Shown here: in pieces, positions 27,508 to 32,000 of the stretch
Layout of the letters: each line of letters starts with the position of its first letter
How positions within the stretch are numbered: the first letter of the stretch is position 1
Source: Candidatus Heimdallarchaeota archaeon
GTDB lineage: Archaea; Asgardarchaeota; Heimdallarchaeia; Heimdallarchaeales; Kariarchaeaceae
Direction: 5' to 3'
Assembly: GCA_030149205.1 (NCBI GenBank)
Contig: JASBSB010000004.1
Location: 239,078-271,077, forward strand
Length of the DNA: 32,000 nucleotides
Notes under the pieces: model-generated
What the model saw: only the letters and a program-made list of their open reading frames with translations
Told to the model about the DNA's origin: nothing
Database searches by the model: none
Translations under genes and position numbers: made by a program

Positions 27508-28782
27508 CTATTGTGACTCCAACCAAGCAAGGCCTGGGTTCTCCATGTATGCAATCAAGTCTCTGGTGAATTTTGCACCAATAGCACCATCTACAACTCT
27601 GTGATCAAGTGAGAGACTTAGATTCATAATTGGGCGTATCACAATCTCAGCATTACCATTGATTTCACGAACTACTGGTTTTAATTTTGTCTGCATAAGT
27701 CCAAGAATTGCAACATTTGGCCAGTTAATTATAGGTGTTGCCATCAGACCACCTACATTACCAATTGAAGTTATTGTGAATGTACTACCTGTGATCTCAT
27801 GAAGACTTAACTTACCAGTCCTTGCTTTTTCTGCTAATTCTTGTACCTCACCTGCGATCTGCCAAACTGTCTTTTGCTCAACATTTTTCACCACTGGAAC
27901 AATTAACCCATCCTCGGTATCGACAGATATTCCAATGTTAACATCATGATGAATGCTAATTTCTTGTTTTTCATCATTTAATGAACTATTCATTAGAGGG
28001 TACCTACGTAATACTGGAACCAGAAATTTCATCACTAACGCAACATAGGTTACCTTAACTCCTCTTTCTTTGAACTGTGGTCTAATTGATTCTCTAAGAC
28101 TATCAATAGCCGTCATATCAACCTCTTCAAAATAGGTGTAATGAGCTGCTAGATCTTTTGATCTCCTCATAGCTTTCGCAATTGTCTTTCGGGTACCTCT
28201 CAGAGGTATTACATCTATACCTCCACTCACATAAGATTTTTGAAGTAATGATGTTCCCTTCTGAGAAAAGTTTTCTAAATCTTGACTTGTGATTCGACCA
28301 CCATTTGCTGAGCCTTTGACATACCTTAAATCAACCCCTCTTTCTCTTGCACGTCTTCGTACAGCTGGAGATGCTAATACTCTATCATTAACTACAGACA
28401 GTTGTTGGCTCACAGGTGTCGACTTCTGGGTGGCTTTATTGAAACTCTTAAAAGCCAATGGTTCTGATGGTTTAAACAAAGAAGGGTCTTCTTCCTTTTC
28501 GCTAGGTTTTTTAGGTGCATCTACTTCTTGTTTGTTCTCGGTAATTTCACCTGAGAGGGTAACTAAGACATCCCCAACTCTTACTTCATCGCCCTCCTGT
28601 TTTAATATTTTGATAACTTTTCCTTCAACAGGTGAGGTAACTGATTCAGCCATCTTTTCGGTATGAATTTTTACAAGTTCTGCATCTCTCTTAACAGTTT
28701 CTCCCTCTTTTACAAACCATTCTAAAATTTCACCTTCGTGAATACCTTCCCCAAAATCTGCAAATTTAACTTCTACAACCAT
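27508..28782 (-). CDS. pdhC: 2-oxoacid dehydrogenase E2 (one lipoyl domain)
   Basis: Lipoyl domain FADFGEGIHEG...HTEKMAESVTSP, PSBD ASPAVRRRARERGVDL, catalytic DHRVVDG. The symbol is conventional; the substrate may be branched-chain. Confidence 0.94.
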   Translation of the reverse strand: MVVEVKFADFGEGIHEGEILEWFVKEGETVKRDAELVKIHTEKMAESVTSPVEGKVIKILKQEGDEVRVGDVLVTLSGEITENKQEVDAPKKPSEKEEDPSLFKPSEPLAFKSFNKATQKSTPVSQQLSVVNDRVLASPAVRRRARERGVDLRYVKGSANGGRITSQDLENFSQKGTSLLQKSYVSGGIDVIPLRGTRKTIAKAMRRSKDLAAHYTYFEEVDMTAIDSLRESIRPQFKERGVKVTYVALVMKFLVPVLRRYPLMNSSLNDEKQEISIHHDVNIGISVDTEDGLIVPVVKNVEQKTVWQIAGEVQELAEKARTGKLSLHEITGSTFTITSIGNVGGLMATPIINWPNVAILGLMQTKLKPVVREINGNAEIVIRPIMNLSLSLDHRVVDGAIGAKFTRDLIAYMENPGLAWLESQ

Positions 28783-28791
28783 ATCAATTCC

Positions 28792-29766
28792 TCAAAAACT
28801 CACAGATTTCTTGATGTTATCAAGTACTCTCTTTGGTGTTGGTAAATAGAAAGATTCCAGAGTTAGTGGGAATGGAGTATCATACCCAGTTACTCTCAAT
28901 ATTGGAGCCTCCATGTATTCTATCCAATTTTCAGCCACCAATGCAGATAATTCAGCACTGAAACCGGAGGTTTTAGGTGCTTCAGTTACACTGATGAACC
29001 GTCCAGTTTTCATCACAGACATGCCAATTGTGTCTAAATCAAGAGGAACAATAGATCTTAGGTCAATTACCTCACATGAGATACCTTCATCTTCAGCCAA
29101 GGATGCTGCTTCTAAAGTAACATGCAACATAGATCCATATGAAACCAGAGTTAAATCTGTACCTTCTTTAACAACATTTGCTTTCCCTAGAGGCACAGTA
29201 TAATCATCCTCTGGAACTTCCTCTGTAAATGCCCTATAGATACGTTTAGGTTCAAGAAAGAGAACTGGATCCGAATCTCTAATAGCTGAAATGAGGAGTC
29301 CTTTTGCATCAAAGGGATTACTTGGAATCACTATTTTGAGCCCTGCTGTGTGTGCGAATATTGACTCTGGAGATTGAGAGTGGTAATGAGCACCTTTTAC
29401 TCCCCCACCGTATGGTGATCGAATGACCATTGGACAAGTATATTCTCCACCACTTCTATATCTAAATTTAGCAACCTCAGAAATTATTTGATCTGCTGCT
29501 GGCCATATGAAATCAACAAACTGAATTTCAGCAATTGCTCGTACACCATAGAGGGCTAAACCAGTAGCAAATCCAATGATACCACTTTCACTGAGAGGTG
29601 TATCGAGAACCCTATCTCTTCCGAATTTATCTATCAGGCCCTGAGTTGCTCTAAATACACCACCATCTTTTCCTATATCCTCACCTAATATTACAACGTT
29701 GTTGTCTCTCTCCATTTCTTCTTTTAATGCCATGTTTATTGCACCGACAATATTTGTGTCTACCAT
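28792..29766 (-). CDS. pdhB: 2-oxoacid dehydrogenase E1 beta
   Basis: GEDIG..GGVF, DTPLSESG, EIQF, HSQSPE, EPKRIY, EVIDLRS. Confidence 0.95.
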   Translation of the reverse strand: MVDTNIVGAINMALKEEMERDNNVVILGEDIGKDGGVFRATQGLIDKFGRDRVLDTPLSESGIIGFATGLALYGVRAIAEIQFVDFIWPAADQIISEVAKFRYRSGGEYTCPMVIRSPYGGGVKGAHYHSQSPESIFAHTAGLKIVIPSNPFDAKGLLISAIRDSDPVLFLEPKRIYRAFTEEVPEDDYTVPLGKANVVKEGTDLTLVSYGSMLHVTLEAASLAEDEGISCEVIDLRSIVPLDLDTIGMSVMKTGRFISVTEAPKTSGFSAELSALVAENWIEYMEAPILRVTGYDTPFPLTLESFYLPTPKRVLDNIKKSVSF

Positions 29767-29768
29767 TA

Positions 29769-30845
29769 TTAGTCCTCCTTATACTGTAAAATTTCTGCTT
29801 TCTGTCGTTCTAAGAATTCAGGCATCTCTTCAAAAACATCATCAAATAATGTCTCTAAACCAAATTTTGGTAATTTAGCAGCTTCATCAATAAGTCGATT
29901 TAATTCATCATCATATTTTTTAGTAAGCTTGTCTCTATCACCGTTTTTCAATACCTGTTTTGAAATTAAGTATTTTTCAAACCTGTTAATTGGATCTTTT
30001 TTCTCCCACAACTTAACTTCTTCTTCACTCCTATATACGCTTGGATCATCAGATGAGGTGTGTGGTCCTACTCTATACGTCACAGATTCTATCAATGTGG
30101 GACCATCTCCCCGAACAGCTCGTTCTCGTGCCTGACTAACGGCAACATAAAATGCAAGAAAGTCATTTCCATCAATTTGGAGACCATTCATTCCATATCC
30201 TATTGCCTTGTCAACAATACTGTCAGCTGCAGTCTGATATTTTAGAGGAACTGAAATTGCCCATTGATTATTTTGACAAATGTAAATTACGGGAGATTTT
30301 GTGACTGCTCCAAAGTTCATCCCTGAATGAAAATCATTTGATGACGTAGCTCCATCTCCAAAAAACACTGTGCTGACAGTATTTTCTCCTCTAATCTTCA
30401 TTCCGTAACCTGTACCTGCCGCTTGAATAACTTGAGTGCCTATTGGTGCAGATGGATTAACAAAATTATGATCTTTACTTCCAAATAATCCAGGCAATCT
30501 TCTTCCCTTATGTTTGTCTTTTATATTTGCAAATAGGTGATTTACCAGATCTTCTAACGGGTAACCTCGATAAAGTGCAAGCCCGTGTTCTCTATACGCA
30601 GGATAAATCCAATCTTCATCATTCAAAGCCAATGCAGCAGCAACGTGTGCTTCTTGTCCTCGGGTAAATATGTGAAAAGATACTTTACCCTGTCTCTGGA
30701 GCTTTATACCCTTTTCATCAATCAATCGCAGTAAAACCATTGTTTCGAAGGCTTTTTTGAGTTTTGTCTTAGGGATTTTTGGCTCAAGGTCTGTGTTGAT
30801 CAGATTTCCCTCATCATCTAAAATACGAATTCTTTCAGTTGTCAT
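29769..30845 (-). CDS. pdhA: 2-oxoacid dehydrogenase E1 alpha
   Basis: QRQG, GQEA, YREH, TPP motif GDGATS...NNQWAIS, HTSSDDP. SD-like TGAGGA upstream. Confidence 0.95.
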   Translation of the reverse strand: MTTERIRILDDEGNLINTDLEPKIPKTKLKKAFETMVLLRLIDEKGIKLQRQGKVSFHIFTRGQEAHVAAALALNDEDWIYPAYREHGLALYRGYPLEDLVNHLFANIKDKHKGRRLPGLFGSKDHNFVNPSAPIGTQVIQAAGTGYGMKIRGENTVSTVFFGDGATSSNDFHSGMNFGAVTKSPVIYICQNNQWAISVPLKYQTAADSIVDKAIGYGMNGLQIDGNDFLAFYVAVSQARERAVRGDGPTLIESVTYRVGPHTSSDDPSVYRSEEEVKLWEKKDPINRFEKYLISKQVLKNGDRDKLTKKYDDELNRLIDEAAKLPKFGLETLFDDVFEEMPEFLERQKAEILQYKED

Positions 30846-31131
30846 TTAAAGTCCTCAATTTTTTTGTATGTGTATAGAACAAATTAATTATCAATAAAAT
30901 GCAAGCTAATTAAGTTCTTTTATGTTCTCAATAAAATTATGTTTACTTTGTTTTTGGAAGAATTATCTAATCATCTACATTACTTGATGTTTGAAAAATT
31001 TTAATTGTAAAATTTTAAAACGATTAGGAAAATAATTCAATAATAAAATAAAAATAGAATAAATTCCAATAAAATGTTAGAGATACTGTTTAGTATCTAA
31101 CTGACTCTTTTAATTAAAATGTATACTACCA

Positions 31132-31803
31132 TTATGAAATTGCTGCCCCGAATGCAAGAAACAATGGGTTTGATATTAAATCACCAAAAAGAGAGCTACT
31201 CTGACTGAGAGGATTAGATGTTGGATTGGTAGTGGTCGTGTTACCAGTTTGGCTTGTAGTTGGTATTTGGCTTGTAGTTGGTAATGTGACCAAGGTTTTC
31301 AAAACTTCTTCCATCTGACCTCTAGTCACAATAGTGTAATTGAATGATTTAACAAGGTTTAAGCTGCTATCAATAATCCATACATATCCATTTGTTGTGC
31401 CATATGTATTCGAGACTTTATTAATATCAAGCCCAAAATCCCATAAATAATGTCCATCTTGTTGCATTTTCTTTACAGCTGCTAAATTATCTCCAGAACT
31501 TCCGTAACTTATTGACAGAAAATTAACATAATCAGAATATTTAGGGTAAAGAAGCTTCATATTTTTTTGATTAGATTTGCAGATAGGACACCATGAAGCA
31601 GCCCAATCAAGAATTATAGGTTTCCCTGAATAAGAATCCAAATTAATTATTGTCCCATTTACAAGTTGAAACTGAAAATCAACTTTAAAGGCATTTGAGC
31701 TTATAGGTGTATTCCACGATTTATCTGCTTTTGCAATTCCAGGAACTACAAGAATAAAAATTAATAACAACATTAAAAATGACTTCTTATGAACAAATTT
31801 CAC
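31132..31803 (-). CDS. Secreted TlpA/redoxin-family thiol-disulfide oxidoreductase; C-terminal anchor interrupted by a frameshift
   Basis: ILDWAASWCPIC, Thr/Ser linker. The GTG start at 31803 gives a clean signal peptide MKFVHKKSFLMLLLIFILVVPGIAKA (track start 31854). The anchor continues in a shifted frame to TAG at 31097-31099. Confidence 0.85.
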   Translation of the reverse strand: MKFVHKKSFLMLLLIFILVVPGIAKADKSWNTPISSNAFKVDFQFQLVNGTIINLDSYSGKPIILDWAASWCPICKSNQKNMKLLYPKYSDYVNFLSISYGSSGDNLAAVKKMQQDGHYLWDFGLDINKVSNTYGTTNGYVWIIDSSLNLVKSFNYTIVTRGQMEEVLKTLVTLPTTSQIPTTSQTGNTTTTNPTSNPLSQSSSLFGDLISNPLFLAFGAAIS

Positions 31804-31861
31804 CTTTATCAATTCGATACTTACTTTAACACTTAAGAACTTTGTTTCTTTCATTTAGTAA

Positions 31862-31994
31862 GCTTGTCCCAAAACTCCTGGGACAAGCATTGAGCCCTCA
31901 GGCTCAATGGATGAAAGATTTTCAGATGAGAGAGAGCCTCGCCTGAGATTCGGCTAGAATCGAACTAGATATATAGTAGAGGGTCAGAGCTGAC
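31862..31994. other. Cluster of consecutive hairpins (structured non-coding element, probably cut by the window edge)
   Basis: gcttgtccca/tgggacaagc (10 bp), cattgagcc/ggctcaatg (9 bp), tgaaa/tttca, gattc/gaatc, gtcag/ctgac. GC-richer than other intergenic DNA here. Confidence 0.55.
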
Positions 31995-32000
31995 TAGTGC

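Noticed and set aside
860-30245. The many 60-125 aa ORFs in the track that overlap larger genes (e.g. 860-1135, 5978-6247, 7401-7643, 7713-8021, 26191-27249 set, 28289-28666, 28913-29203)
   Set aside because: They are antisense or off-frame shadows of well-supported genes, with no motifs or independent start signals.
31081-31098. Palindrome AGATAC-N6-GTATCT between the TlpA-like gene and pdhA
   Set aside because: Only 6 bp, with no second copy found. It could be a weak terminator or operator but is unsupported.
31935-32000. tRNA (T-loop TTCGATT on the minus strand) or TPP riboswitch (GAGAGC..GCCTGAGA on the plus strand)
   Set aside because: There is no 7-nt anticodon loop or acceptor stem at the right spacing, and the TPP core (ACCC...CCTGAT...GCGTAGGGAA) is missing. 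Kept only as an unassigned structured region.
1-32000. CRISPR array, integrase/transposase, rRNA
   Set aside because: I saw no regularly spaced direct repeats or recognisable motifs. The only long repeat is the subtilase duplication.

Overview
AT-rich archaeal-type chromosomal window (roughly one-third GC by eye, not computed). BRE/TATA-like promoters, several apparently leaderless genes, a fused ADP-forming acyl-CoA synthetase, a CydA+CydA' oxidase and a tandem-HTH Lrp-like regulator point to an archaeon. An Asgard/Heimdallarchaeia-like host is my inference, not a search result. The window holds about 27 protein genes. I recognise no rRNA, complete tRNA, CRISPR array or transposase. The content is largely heterotrophic catabolism: secreted or anchored hydrolases (S1/P1-type nuclease, two subtilases, GH13 amylopullulanase), a Ser/Thr dehydratase, a four-gene 2-oxoacid dehydrogenase operon, acyl-CoA synthetase plus DRTGG partner, an MBL-rhodanese fusion and a bd-superfamily oxidase. 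Best candidates for something new: (1) a same-strand module at 5288-9883 with a secreted 160-aa unknown, a double-HTH regulator and two Tk-subtilisin-like proteases that lack a propeptide, where three promoters share one motif; (2) three adjacent apparent pseudoenzymes at 18843-21884 (Mrr-like, DUF2201/VWA with HLILH, APH/kinase-like without HGD); (3) a cluster of five hairpins at the right edge. Two reading-frame anomalies are visible: an in-frame TAA between the two GMC oxidase parts, and a 1-nt frameshift cutting the membrane anchor of the TlpA-like protein.
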